Counted from the whole stretch's first letter, positions 26,930-39,769 are shown. The stretch is DNA of 59,098 nucleotides, filler included, from Bipalium vagum (GCA_037834085.1; 3 parts of 3 records of this genome joined end to end with filler, not necessarily neighbours in it); one strand, 5' to 3'. The notes: generated by a model not told the origin, from the sequence alone. Translations and numbers: made by a program.

Positions 26930-27450
26930 AGTCAAATTCGTATTGATATGCGTTCGAAGTATATTTATCAAAGTTGTGCTAAATTTTTCTACCATGACAC
27001 TTGTTTGTAGAAGGTAAGGTGAGATTGGAAATTCCGGTAATCTCTGCCATTAATTCGCTTTGATAATAGTTCCATTATCTGAAAGTACTTTTGTTAGCAC
27101 TCAATATCGATGTACTGTTTGGTCTGCAAATATCTTTGCTATGGTCTCTGGTTTTGATATTGGATATCATTTATCCACTTGCTTAAAGTCTTTCATATTT
27201 TGTCAGTTATATTTTTGTTTCCATCGTAGAGGCACAGCATCGACACACAATAGATGTTAGTAAAGTCATTGACATTTTTAACATTGCTTGCTATACTTGA
27301 TGACATTTTTGTTTAAATCAATAAATATCGCTGGTTATAATTATTTAGTTTTGGTCTTGTATCCGATCGTGACTGTCATTTTTAGGCTCTACAATTCCAA
27401 TCACATTAAGGAAAGACCAACTTTAAACAAATAATTTCTATCATTTGTAA
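26930..27450 (-). mobile_element. Degenerate gypsy integrase core
   Basis: VHRY*VLTKVLSDNGT (cf. RYGVP..ILSDNG) and MVEKFSTTLINIL (cf. GMVERFN.TL). Confidence 0.55.
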
Positions 27451-27769
27451 TATGTTACAATATCTTGGACAATTTATGGATTCTATCATCCACTAAAACC
27501 ATTAACCGCACTGTATCATTTCCATGTCAACTATTCAAGATCTGATGATTTCTTCCTATACGTTCTTTATTTGGTTTTACTGCAATTAACATCATTCCTC
27601 AACCACTGAAAACCTTTTAAGTCGATGAAAAGTCAATTCATTAAAAGATGGAACTACATTACTTGTGAAGTTTCTTTATATTATTAGATTATTTGATCTT
27701 TACCATGGGTTCCCGATATTGAACTTAAAATTTATTGAAGGTGAAAACATTCCCTTAATAGAAAAAAAC

Positions 27770-28875
27770 GGCTAACCAAGTTTGTAAACAAATTTCACAC
27801 ATGAAACAAAAAATTATTATTAAATAATCAAATAAAAGTAAATTTACTCTTTAAGTCGACATGAAATAGCTAAAGAGTGAAGCCTATTTTTCGGCTTATA
27901 CCGTTATGAAATAAATCAAAGTATCAATATCATTTGATTACCTAACATGAAAAACATTGGTTGTATCCAATTGAATGAATAAAATGTTTTATTTATTGAA
28001 ATCAGTTGAACTTCATTGAAACAAAGTTGATAATGATTGAAAAAAATGTTGAAAATCGCTTTAAAACCCTATTCTATAATGACAAGACTAAGGTAATGTT
28101 CTTTTGCTACTTGATAATGTCCCTAGTCATTCTAAAATGTATTTTTCAAATGTTAAATTAATATATATGCAACCAAGTAAAACTGCAGCATTCCAGTCTT
28201 TTGGAGCTGGAATCATTAATTTTTAAAAATCTATTACCGTAAACAAATTTTATAAAGGTGTCATTGCCAGCAGTAGATCGATAATTTTTGAAAACTTAAT
28301 ATGAGTTGAAATCAGATGTATTAGCTAATGAAATAATATTAAAATATACAAAGGGACTTACAAAATTCTGACTTCTCTATTTATGAATGAACAGGAACTA
28401 TATTAGCTGACTCTACCAATGGGAGTTGGTGAAAAATTATTATTTGAAGAAAATATTGGTGTTTCATAAACTAGTAAAGATTGGGAATGGGTATTAAATC
28501 CAATTCAAGAAGACAACTAACTTAAAAAGATGATGTCACCATCTTACCTATTATTTTATCAAATTCATGAGCTTACATAAGCATTAAAAGTAGACTACAA
28601 TTATGTCTTTCATAACAACCTTGAGAATCTGCAGAAGGATAGTGCAAAATGAGAAAAAAGCGCATTTCTACATCTAATAAAAAGGTCATAAGGCACATAA
28701 TGGAAATAAATAATTATTTATTAATAGTCTTGTAATTTTTTCTTTAACCTTTAATAATTAACATTTTTGTAATTTAAAACTCTATAGAATGAACACCTGT
28801 AATAAAGGAACACTATAATAAAGGAACATTTTCTATAACCACCACGAAGAACTCAGTGTAGCAGGTTTCACTGTT
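27770..28875 (+). mobile_element. pogo/Tigger relic
   Basis: LLDNVPSH..SNVKLIYMQPSKTAAFQSFGAGII; subterminal taataaaggaaca repeats; terminus gcaggtttcactg. Confidence 0.7.
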
Positions 28876-29549
28876 CTTCATAAAATAGAATTTATGTATT
28901 ATTTAAATTCCTACTTTTAATATAAATTATAATCAAAATTTTAAGCGTATTTATATAAATATTTATAATAATCAATCTATAAATCTTTAAAGTCAAAATT
29001 GTTGAGTTTGGATAATGGAAAATGGATATCAATAAAATAATAATCAAAATCTATAGAAAAATTAAAGTAACTCATTTTTAAAATTGGAGTCAAAATTTTG
29101 CAAAACAAGACTTTGAAAAATATCAGATAGAGTTCTGGAATGACATATTGTTATGAGACTAGATCACCAGACTATTCATAAATACCCTGTCCTTTTGAGG
29201 AACCCATTACAAAGTTAGGTTATAGGAACGTAATAACAATGCCCGTATCATAAATGCATATCATACAATAAAAAATATATCAGCGAACTTGTAGAAAGAA
29301 AATTGAGCTATAAGAAAACCCGGATAAAGGAGAAAAACAGGTGTAATAGAATTTTTTGAAGTTCATCTACACATCCATTTATTTTACTAAAGAAATGATC
29401 TGGATATACAAGACCTGGATGTTTTGGAAACCATAGAAATAGACAATAAAAAATAAAAATTACAATTAAACCATTAATATAAGAGATTATTATTACACAA
29501 CGATACCCGTTGAGTGATTATAAAAAGGACGTATAATTTAGATTTCCAT

Positions 29550-30110
29550 ATTAAATGGATGCTTTAAACAAGATAAGAAAAGTGTTGTCAACTGCAGACA
29601 GAATCAAGGTGCTGGAAATGGGGAAAGACATAACCAAGAGCAAACTGTTATTTTAAGTCATTTTTCTATTGGTCTTTTCACATTCCACAAAATAAAATTA
29701 CAAGAAAGTGCACTCCATAAGGCTTTTGAAACAAATAAAAATTTTAAGTGCAAACGAAACAAAGTCATTATTTAGGAAGAATTAAACGAAACACTTTTGC
29801 TTTGGTCAATGTCAATTGTCAATGGTCTATTATTATGGAAAAATCACAGCAGAGGGTACAATCAATGGGGATTGACTTTAATCAATCTAATGAATTATCA
29901 GGATATGAATCAAGAAACATATACAATGCTAATTAGACGGGTATCTGATATAAAGCCCTTCCTAGAGGAACATTTCCTATATGTAGCGATCAGCCAACAG
30001 CAGGGAAGTTACAGAAAGAAAGCCTGACTGCACTATTTATTTGGAATAAAGATGGTTCTGATAAGCAGTTATTTATCATAGGTAAGACTGCATCTCCGAG
30101 ATATATATCC
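29550..30110 (+). mobile_element. pogo/Tigger N-terminal relic
   Basis: RKVLSTADRIKVLE (HTH_psq-like) and LEELNETLLLW (CENP-B HTH-like). Confidence 0.5.
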
Positions 30111-30492
30111 ATCAACAACCTTTACCACATTATAACAACAGAAAAGCTTGGATGATTTGTGATATATTTTATATAAAAAATAATGGAAATAAAAATTTTT
30201 AAAATATATAAATATAGTGAATAAATTAAAATGTGTTTTAATATTCTCACACACAAAATTCGAAAATCACCTGTCATAATTTAAAAATAACCACGAAAAC
30301 CCATGAGAACATTTATAGTTACTGAAATAACAATCACAAAAAAAACAATGATCATGTTTTCCAAAAAATCCTTCTACAAATGTCTCGTTTGCCTTCTAGA
30401 GAAATGACGAGATTAAGGAATGAAGAGCCGATTGAAAGCATTTCATAATTTCATCTTGCCACGTAGCAATATGATTATCAATGTGAAGCACT

Positions 30493-30679
30493 AGCAGTAT
30501 CTAAAACCAGACTTTGACGACAGGACCCAAACTTTTTTTGTCACTCACCCCCAGAGGGGGGCTCCCTCAAAAAATAAAAAACGTTGGGGGCATATTTTTT
30601 ACTCTTTTTCGGTAGCAGGGGCTCCCTCAAAATAGAAAAAAATATTTCCTCTCCTCAAAGTCTGGTTATACATACTACT
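30493..30679. mobile_element. 187-bp element with 33-bp imperfect TIRs, Polinton-like AGTAGT terminus
   Basis: Left agcagtatctaaaaccagactttgacgacagga vs reverse complement of right agtagtatgtataaccagactttgaggagagga (28/33); internal ggggctccctcaaaa occurs twice. Confidence 0.7.
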
Positions 30680-31199
30680 TCATTTATTATATTCTTATAT
30701 TACTAGTTTTTAAAAACTTAGAAATATCAAATTTTTTCTTTAAAAATAGAAACCAAAAGAAACGATTTAAATAACCTATCCAAATACAAAATAAATTTCC
30801 ACAAAATAAATATTATGAAATATTTTTAAGAGCTAAAAATTTTAATTTAGAAGAAAAAGATTAAAAATCTTAATCTAAAGACTTATTATGGTTAATAGAT
30901 AATTGCACATTTGAACTATATAAAAATAAAATAAAAGAACAACATAAAAATCTGAATGATATAATTATTTATAATTACTCGAAATAAATAAAGAGTTAAG
31001 TGTAGAAATATTAAAATTTTATCAAGGAAAATTAATAAAATTCTTAAGTAAAACTCAATAATCAATTTTTCATAATTTTTTAAAATTATAATTATTTTTT
31101 AAAAATCTTTGTTTTCCTAAAATATGGTATTGTGAAATTTGTGATAAATCTATTAATAAAAAAAATTCATCATGAAAATACAAAAATAGATGAAAAAAA

Positions 31200-31420
31200 T
31201 ATTCAACGAAAAAACAACGACTAAAAACAATGACAACAAAAAATCAACGATATCTACGAATAAAAATAACGACCTAAAAAATAAAACAACGACTGAAAAA
31301 CAACGATTAAAAATATCAATAACATCAATAAAAAACCATCGACTGAAAAGTAACGATTAACAATAACAATAACATCAATAAAAAACCAACGACTAAAAAA
31401 AATTTTATCAACGACGAAAA
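31200..31420. repeat. Short degenerate tandem repeat (aaaaacaacgact-like)
   Basis: About ten caacga-type cores in an A-rich array inside the Maverick. Confidence 0.8.
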
Positions 31421-31469
31421 ATAAAAATCTAAATATTCAAAACATTCAAGAAAGATTTCCATCTTTTTT

Positions 31470-32270
31470 ATAAAAACAGGAGGAGATATTCAATCAAAAA
31501 TTAAAAATAATAAATTTTTAAATAAATTTACACATGGAAAATACCCAGGTGAATTACATTTAAAATCTTTAAATCCTTTAAATAAAACAAATCCAATTCA
31601 CAATTTTACGGGTCAATTGGGCTCAAGTGAACTTTTCATAGAAGTCTGCTAGTGTTTGTAAATTAAATAAAAATATTCAGCTTTTTAAATTATTTTAGTA
31701 ATGCAACACCTTCAAATTGCGAGAAACTCCTTAGAGTCTTATTCTACTACTACCATTGAGAAATCTTTTGAAGGTTCTCAGGTAATGACTGATCACGAAA
31801 GTAATAACAAGCAAGAATTGGACAATCCGCTGCCAAGCCCCAATGTTCATTATGATAAGAATATGGAGAAGGTTCAGAGCCTAAACGGAGGTGGGCTTGA
31901 GAAATCTAATCAATTTCAATGATACCTTAAGATATAGTCCAGCTTGAATAGAAATATTCAAGATGTTCTGCCTGGAACTCATGTTGATATACGTTTAGAA
32001 AATTATAATGAAATAATAAATAATTATAATTAAAATCAAGATTTATCAATTCTCCCAAATCCAAAATCTGATTCCATTCCAATAAATCGAGTTGATCAAG
32101 CAGCTATGAAACATTATTTAAAATATATATCAACAGATTAAAAAGATAGACATGTTGCAGATGTTGAAATGATTCATGAAATGAACAACATTCAAAATCC
32201 AACTTCAAGAGAAAAACTTGAAAGAGCAATTGTAAATTATGAAAACAAAAGTAGTTTTAGGATTAGGATT
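31470..32270 (+). pseudogene. Maverick parvovirus-type phospholipase A2 gene, interrupted
   Basis: GGDIQ..GELHL..HNFTG | PGTHVDIRL..PINRVDQAAMKH..DRHVAD..MKTKVVLGLG; ~357-bp insert at 31614-31970 splits the GPG loop. Confidence 0.8.
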
Positions 32271-32339
32271 AGGATTAGAAAGATCTTCAAAAAACCTCGC
32301 TAATTAAAAAATATTTGAAAAGTCTAAAATTTTACCTCC

Positions 32340-33915
32340 TGAAAAAAGTAAGCAATTAGCAAACGAACTTCATAAAGAAATTAGAAAACCTAGAAATTTT
32401 CTAAAAGTAAAAGTAAATAACAAAGATGATATTTGGTCTACAGGTTTAGCTTTGTTCCAGGAGAATAGGATTATAAAATAATTCTAACAGTTATAGATTT
32501 ATACACTCGTTTTGCTTTTGCAGTTCCTGTAAAAAATAAAACTTTGTTGGCGCAAACCTACCCCTTAGCTTATCTGACCTTACTAAGGTTGCTATGGGCT
32601 TAACTATTGAGCTCGAACCCAAAAACACAAAAATAACTTCTCCAAAAATATATTAATAAAATGAGGGTAAGACCCTTTTGTTTACAACAACAAACTGCAA
32701 CAGGCAGTTACCTCAAACAAAATGCAACAATCGGCAGTCAAACAAAAACAACAAGCTGCTCAGGCAGTCTACAATCACCACTCCTTAATTAAAAAGCTGT
32801 GCCAGGGAAAACCCTGGTCACAAATATAAAATTACCAAGATAAAACATTACCTAATGGCAATTTTCTGGGCGAAAAACAATGAATTTTAGCTCGTTTATA
32901 TACTATTTTACTGTTCATTTTAGCGTCTCTGATTGGTCAGTTAAGCTGTCAATCATGACGTACCTTCTATATTTAAGTATTACTAAAAATAAAATAAATT
33001 TCTAAAAATTGAAAATTATAATATTATAAATTCATGCTGCTGACTAAAAATCAGTAGTTATAACTATTTAAATTTATTTTATTAAAAATTTATTATAATT
33101 TTAGGATAATATGCTACTGATTCGAAATCAGTAGTTACTCATAAATAATATTTAAAATTTATTTTTCAAAATTTATTTAATTAATTATTAATAATTAATA
33201 ATTAAAATGCATAATTTTAAATTGGCCAGCGTATTAATTAAACTTTATTTTTAGCCAAAAGTTTATATACAGAGATTATAAGATAGGAGTGGAACCTCAA
33301 CAACTTGATGCATTTGATAAAATATTTGAAGATTCTAATAGAGTTCCAGAAAAAATTTGGTTAGATAAAGGAACAGAATTTTATAATAAAACATTTGAAG
33401 ATTTTTGTGAAGATAATGAGATCGAAATTTACTCAACAGAAAATGAGGGAAAAATAGTTGTCATTGAAAGATTTAATAGAACTCTAAAAAAATTTAATGT
33501 TTAAAAAATTTACAGTATAATGAAACAGAAAATTGTAAAATCTTTTACCAAGCTTAGTTAATTCCTATAATAACAAAATCCATATTTCAATTGGAATAAC
33601 ACCAACTGAAGCATCTAAAAGTCCAACGAAGTTGGTAGAGTCTATGGCCAATCCTGAAAATTTAAAGAATGATTCAACTGATAAAACTTCTGAAATGTTA
33701 AAGGTAAAAATAAATATCATATTGGAGATAAAGCAGGAATTTTTAAATATAAAAATAAATTTGGAAAACGATATACAGCTAAATGCACAAATGAAATTTT
33801 TATTATAAATGAAGTTTATTTCACTAATCCAAATGTATATGGATTAATAGATTTAAAAGGAGAAAAAAATCTTGGGCAGTTTTATGAAAACTAATTACAG
33901 AAAAATAGGTTTTAA
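32340..33915 (+). pseudogene. Maverick retroviral-like (c-)integrase, split by a solo LTR
   Basis: LANELHKEIRK..DDIWS..ILTVIDLYTRFAFAVPVKNKT | DAFDKIF..PEKIWLDKGTEFYN..IERFNRTLK..IGITPTEAS..IGDK..EIF. Confidence 0.9.
32545..33302 (-). mobile_element. Solo LTR (758 bp) with 4-bp TSD ACTT
   Basis: TGTTG...CAACA termini; ACTT at 32541-32544 and 33303-33306; interrupts the integrase. CCAAT and TATA-like motifs read on the minus strand near 32895-32940. Confidence 0.88.
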
Positions 33916-34049
33916 ACTATCTACTTTTCAAGGTTAGATTTTAACCAGGCTAAATATATGTTTTACAATTTTTCAGATTTTATCTAATAGAGAATTCTTT
34001 CTCCTATCAGTCACAAGGTGCTAGAGCCGAAGGCTCGCTTCCAAAACAT

Positions 34050-34245
34050 AAATTTTATATTGGAGATCGTGTAAGAATTTTTAAATAGAAAAATAAATTT
34101 GAAAAAGATTACACAGCAAAATGAAATTTTTATTATAGATGAAATTTATTTTACAAATCCAATTATTTATAGAATTATAGATTTAAATGATGAACCAATT
34201 CTTGGAAGATTTTATGAAAATGAGCTTCAAAGAAGCTTGCTGTGA
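34050..34245 (+). pseudogene. Second, diverged copy of the integrase C-terminal segment
   Basis: FYIGDRVRIFK.KNKFEKDYTAK..EIFIIDEIYFTNPIIYRIIDLNDEPILGRFYENELQ; paralogous to 33715-33910. Confidence 0.8.
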
Positions 34246-35199
34246 GATGTAATCTTATGAACTGCAGCGTAACTGCAAGTGAGACAAAGTCTCAGAAGAG
34301 CAGAAAACTTTGTTTTATGACATCATTTTTTATTAATTGAAAACTATTAAATGTAATATAAAGATTTTATTATTATGAACCCGTCAAGCTATCAATCCAT
34401 TTTACTAACAGTAAATTTGATTAATTTATTTAACTAAATTTTTGATTTTCTAGTTGTAGCTATTGAAGGAAAACTGAAGGAAAGAAAAAGATATAAACAA
34501 TACATGAAGATGAAGCAAAAGAATCTGAAGTCGAAAAACGAATTCAGCAAAATATTTGAATCGAATGCAGCTATCCAAAATTTAAGATTAGAAGGACAAA
34601 GAAATAGTCAGGAGCAAGAAAATCCAAATGATATTAATTAAATTTTATATTGATTATATTTATAATTATATATTATTAAAAGTATAGTTAGTTACTTATT
34701 TTATTTATTATTAATTATTTATTAATTATATAGTTTTATTTTAAACAATCCACTTATTTTTTGGACACAGTTTCTATAGCTGGTGTCCGTTAGTGAAAAA
34801 TATTAAGCATTATCAGCTCAAACTGATAATGACCTATATTTTATTCAAAAAGTTTAAGCTGTTTTAACTTTGAATACCATTTTTATGGTCAGAAATATAA
34901 ATAGATTTTATAATTAAAAATAAATATATAAATAAAACACATATAACCGTACATATAATCAGATACGGTCTATGGATAACACAATAATAAATCATAATTA
35001 AAAAATAAATACATACAATCATAAAGGAAATTATCTACTTTACTGTAACATTTTATTAACTAAAAGTTAAAGTAAATAAAATATTACAGTAAGACTAAAA
35101 CAAACAAATTAATTATAAAATTTTTGTGTTTTAAACAATTCCAAAAATTCATCATTTCAATCAAAATAGATCAAAATAAATTTCTCAAAATCTTTCAAT

Positions 35200-35577
35200 T
35201 TTTTTATTAAAATATCCTGTCCGAAATTACAGAAACAAAACTCCAAAATATCATAAAAGTAGGTAAACCAAAATCAATTACTTTAAATGGTGAAAATGAA
35301 TGGTTATTCAAAAAAATAATTAATCAAGTTAAGGAACAAAGTGAAGAACAAAAATCAGGCGATGTACTTCCATTAATACCAGTTTTAGGAGCTATCTTTA
35401 GGAGCAGCTGGTGGAGTTGAAGGGAGAGTAGCAACTGCAATTCAAAAAGTAAATGAAACTCAAAAAACCGATTTAGAGAAAAAAATATACAAATGGAGAT
35501 CGATAAACTTAAACCAAAAGAAAAAGAAAAAATCAACCGGAGCTGGACTTTTTATAATCCATATTTTGGAAAATGAT
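35200..35577 (+). pseudogene. Maverick Gly-rich accessory ORF (PX-like)
   Basis: GDVLPLIPVLGAIF/GAAGGV..VATAIQKVNE...GAGLF.NPY resembles the GGFLPL..AGG..A....N..GxGLYL.PY ORFs of Polintons; frameshifted. Confidence 0.6.
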
Positions 35578-35969
35578 TAAAAATTAAAATTTTAAATTCT
35601 TCTGAATATAAAAGTTTACAGAAATCTGAAAGGAAAGATTTAAAGGAATTATTTCAAAAATTTTGTTAAAATAAAATTAAAATTATTAGTTTATATTTTG
35701 ATCGCTACGAGAAAAATAATTAGAAATATTTCCCAACATAATTTTTATTATTTTATAAATTATAGAATAAATAAAAAACAAAAATGGATGAATGCGATTG
35801 AGAATATTGTGAGAGATGGAGTATTATAGAAAATATGGATTTTACAACTTATGAAATTTTGATCATTTTACTAGAGGCTGAAGATTAATTTTTGTATTTT
35901 TTTTAAAAAATGAGTTGATTTTCAAAAATTAAAAATATAAATATACTTTTAGAAGTTTTTTGTAAATAT

Positions 35970-36313
35970 GAAATTAATTCAACATCAAATTTGGATTTAA
36001 TAGATTTTACTGATGATTTAGAAATGAAATTACTGAAAAAAAACGCAAAGCTAATGAGGCCAAAGGCCACATAAAATCTGAATTTCCATTAATTATTAAT
36101 TATCAAATTACAATTCAAAAAGGAATTCATTGGGTTGGATATTACAAAAATTTTGACTTTGATTCTTATGGATTACCATCACTTGAGGATTTAGAAAAAC
36201 ATGTTAAGGAATATTATAAATTTGATTTTCAGTCTGAAACAGATTTGGAATATTGTGGGCATTTATCTTTATATGTTTTATATTATTTATATAATAATAA
36301 AAAATTTAATTAA
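35970..36313 (+). pseudogene. Maverick adenain-like cysteine protease
   Basis: IINY..GIHWVGY..FDFDSYGLP..FQ..YCGHLSLYVL: catalytic H, D, Q and C in the expected order. Confidence 0.85.
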
Positions 36314-36509
36314 ATTTAAGAAGAGTTGGAATATGTTTTTTTTGAGAAGTTGAAACTAAGAATTAAAAATTAAAAATTAAATTAAAAAAAAAGAGATGAT
36401 TCAGGCGATAAATTTTTTGTTAATATTGCTGAAAATTGAGAACAGTTTTATACTAAAATTAAACCACCAATTTATTATGATGATGGTGATTATGAAGAAA
36501 TTAAAAATA

Positions 36510-36690
36510 TTCAAAATGAATCAGAAAATAAATTTTTAAATGTTACTGGAGATTCAATGAAAGGAATTTTAAAAATGAATAATAATAAAATAATAAATAT
36601 TCCAAATCCTACTGAAAATAATGGTGTTGTAAATAAAAAATATATAGATGATAAATTAAATATAATAAAAATTATATAAGTAAAAAAATG
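36510..36690 (+). pseudogene. Fibre/stalk-like repeat ORF remnant
   Basis: FLNVTGDSMKGILKMNNNKIINIPNPTENNGVVNKKYIDD fits the G..M.G.L.M..NKI..L..P....D..NK.YVD motif. Confidence 0.55.
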
Positions 36691-37479
36691 ATTAATGTAA
36701 ATGATAAAACAATTAATATTTAAAAATTTGAAAATGACTTAAATGAATTAAATACAAAAATTGAATATATAGAAAAAGAATTCCATGATAAAAAACTAAA
36801 ATCGAAAAAATATATTTCAAAACTAAAAATCTTTTATGAAGAAGATGATTATTAAAAATTAAATGAAACATTTAAACCAAATATTTGGCATTCATTTTGG
36901 AAATCACAATTATCAAAAAGTATAAATGATTCCGGTTTAAATATCACTGCAAATAATGATAAATATTTATTTGGAAATATTTCTAATTCTTTAATTGAAT
37001 TTTTTACAAAAATATTAGTTGCAGAAAAAGCAAGTCTTAAAAACATTATATTATAAATTTTAGAACAGAAAAAAAATGTTTTTGGTTGATATAATAATAA
37101 TAATTCTTTTTGTTAGTGGAAAATCAATAGGATGAACCTAAGTAACAGAAGCTAAATTTTGAACCGATTTAATATTTTTTAAATGTACTAAATCACTTAC
37201 TTTTCCAACACATTCATAGTTTTTCTATAATTCAGAAAAAAATATTCAATTCAACGATTTTTCCATGAAGTTGTAAAAAATGAATTTCAATTTAATTCAA
37301 AAAATAAAAATTTTATGATCTATTAAATCTATTTAAATATTAAAAGAACTTTATTTACAAATAAAATGGAAGAGATTGAAATTCCAAATAAACACTACAA
37401 TGTAGCGTTCTGAGACTTCGTCTGAATTCTTTACAATGTAAAATATTTTAAAAATATTTTAAAAAATATTTTAAAAAAG

Positions 37480-38029
37480 AAAGATTAAAAATTGAAAATT
37501 TTATGAATGAAAAAAAAATTTTAGAAGACTTATTAACACATTATCAAAATTTAAATTTAAATACTCAAAAATAGATTCTCATTTAAAATTAGGAACAAAT
37601 GTTGTGACAGTAATTGTTGGAGTTGGATCTGCAATAATGACAGGAGTTTCTACTTTAGGAATTGGATTAGGTATTTATTTTCCAATTGGTACTTCAATTT
37701 TTCCTGCATTAAATTTATTTATTTTTGAAACAATTAGTAAAAATATTATAAGTAAAAGAAAAAAACTTTATAGAGAAATTTGTGAATCAATAGAAAATTT
37801 AATTAGTAAACTTTATATGTTTCTAATGAAAGCATTTAAAGATAAAATATTAACTAATGAAGAAATTGAACAAATAAAAATAATTATTAATGAATATAAA
37901 ATTTTTGAATTAAATAAAACTTTATATTTATTAGAAATTTTTCCAATATTAAAAAATTTAGAATTTGACTCTCTTCAAGATATTTATGATTTTTTGGAAA
38001 TTGAATATTATGAATTTCCTTGGGAATAA
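37480..38029 (+). pseudogene. Maverick hydrophobic accessory ORF (gasderminX-like)
   Basis: Gly-rich hydrophobic stretch followed by KAFKDKILTNEEI (cf. SKAL.D..IS.EEF). Confidence 0.5.
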
Positions 38030-38275
38030 TTATTTTAATTATTTTAAAAAAAAATCTAAATGGATGAAAATTAAAATTTATTCGATCTTAAGAAAAGAAT
38101 AGAAAAATTACATAAATTACAAGAAGTAAAAAAGAAATTTGAAACTAATCAATTAATTCAATGGAAAGAAGAAAGAGGAATTCAACAAGATTTAACAATT
38201 TTTCATAAACATGTTACTGATGCAGTTAATAAATCTAAACAATAAATATTAAATGATGAAAACAAAACTAAAAAA

Positions 38276-38990
38276 TTAATTGTTTCTGAAAAAAATGAAA
38301 TAAGAGATGATCTTTTTTGATTTTGTTGGTTTATTTAAAACACAGAAATCATAATTTTTTTCATAGGCAGATCTATTAATATTTATTGATAAACATCTTT
38401 CACAAATAAATAATTCATCATCTTCACTCGGCTTAAGTCTATATCCAATTTCTTCATTAATCCATGCTTTAATATCTTTAATTAAAATGTTATGATATTC
38501 ATGAAATAATAAAGATATTGTTTTATAATTATTAATATCCTGTTTTTTTCTTAAATCAGTTTCAGAAACAGAAGCATTAGGTTCACGGATTTTGCTTGCC
38601 TTTTTATTAATACATTCAATCATATAAACATTTATTCCTAATCCATTTTCTTTTTCAAATTTATTAATATTACATATTTTCATTGGCATATATTTTTCAT
38701 TATATTTAAATTTATTTTCATATTCTTTATACCAACTCACTCTTTCTTTATGATGAGAAATTTTACGTTGTATAAAATAAGAAATAATTGACCATATTAA
38801 ACCTTTTTTTATTTTGATTCTGAAAATTAATTATTGAATGAGATTGAAAAAGTAAAGGAATAAATGATCTTTCTCTTAAAACATTTATATCATCAATTGA
38901 AAGTGTTAAGTGAGAAAAACTATCAATTATCCACCCAGATTGGTATGAGGATAACAATTTTGTGATTTTTATATAATATTTCATATTTTG
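38276..38990 (-). pseudogene. Protein-primed DNA polymerase B, N-terminal region only
   Basis: QSGWIIDSF..L..SFIPL..IINFQN; PM..INKFEKENGLGINVY; LLFHE.H.ILIKD; FICERCL. Exonuclease and polymerase cores absent. Confidence 0.85.
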
Positions 38991-39769
38991 GTAATGATCT
39001 TTTTATTTTATTTTGTACGTATAAGACAGTTTACTAGTTTTCTAAATATTAGGGTTTAAAACTTGTATAAGACGCATCCTATAGTCGCTAATATACTGTA
39101 ATGAATAAAAATTTAAAAAATTTATAACTTTTAAAATGTAACTATTATTGTTGAAAGAAATAAATAAAGATATCTTTTACTAATAAAGAAAAAAATGGAC
39201 TTTGGGTCATTAGTCAGGCCCTTGTGTTTTGTTTAAAAGTGACCAAGTCCCACAACACCCATTTACAATCCATCGATATGTGCACATAATCTAGTTGTTT
39301 GAATATCATTTCACAATAAACTGCTTTCGACTAAATTTTTTGCGTAACCATAAAAATATTATCAACGTTCGAGTAAATAACACCAGAAATATTGATAATC
39401 TACAGTTATATTTACAGTTACTTTAGAAGCACTTAGTAAATTTTAAATTCTTTAAGATATTAAATTTTTAAAATATCTTTTTGTATATCAATAGCAGATT
39501 TTCATTTGTAAATACTAATTCATAATTATTTATTTGATACGTGAAATAGAAAAGTTTAATTTTAAAAAAACCCTTGTTTAAAATATTCAATTGCGACATA
39601 ATTAACGAAGGAGTTTTGAAATTAAGTTTTATTACATATTTAAGATTGTATTTAAGTAGAAATATGAAAATTTCAAGAAATAGCACGATGTATTTATATT
39701 ATTACGATAGAAAAATTTAAAGAAACGAGGCCAAAAGATTAAGTTGTAAGTTTCGAAAAGTTGAGATAA

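Larger units (their letters stand above)
30493..39000. mobile_element. Decayed Maverick/Polinton (adintovirus-like endogenous element)
   Basis: Clustered remnants of PLA2, retroviral-like integrase, Gly-rich accessory ORF, adenain-like protease, stalk-like repeat and hydrophobic ORF on +, and pPolB N-terminus on -. Confidence 0.88.
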
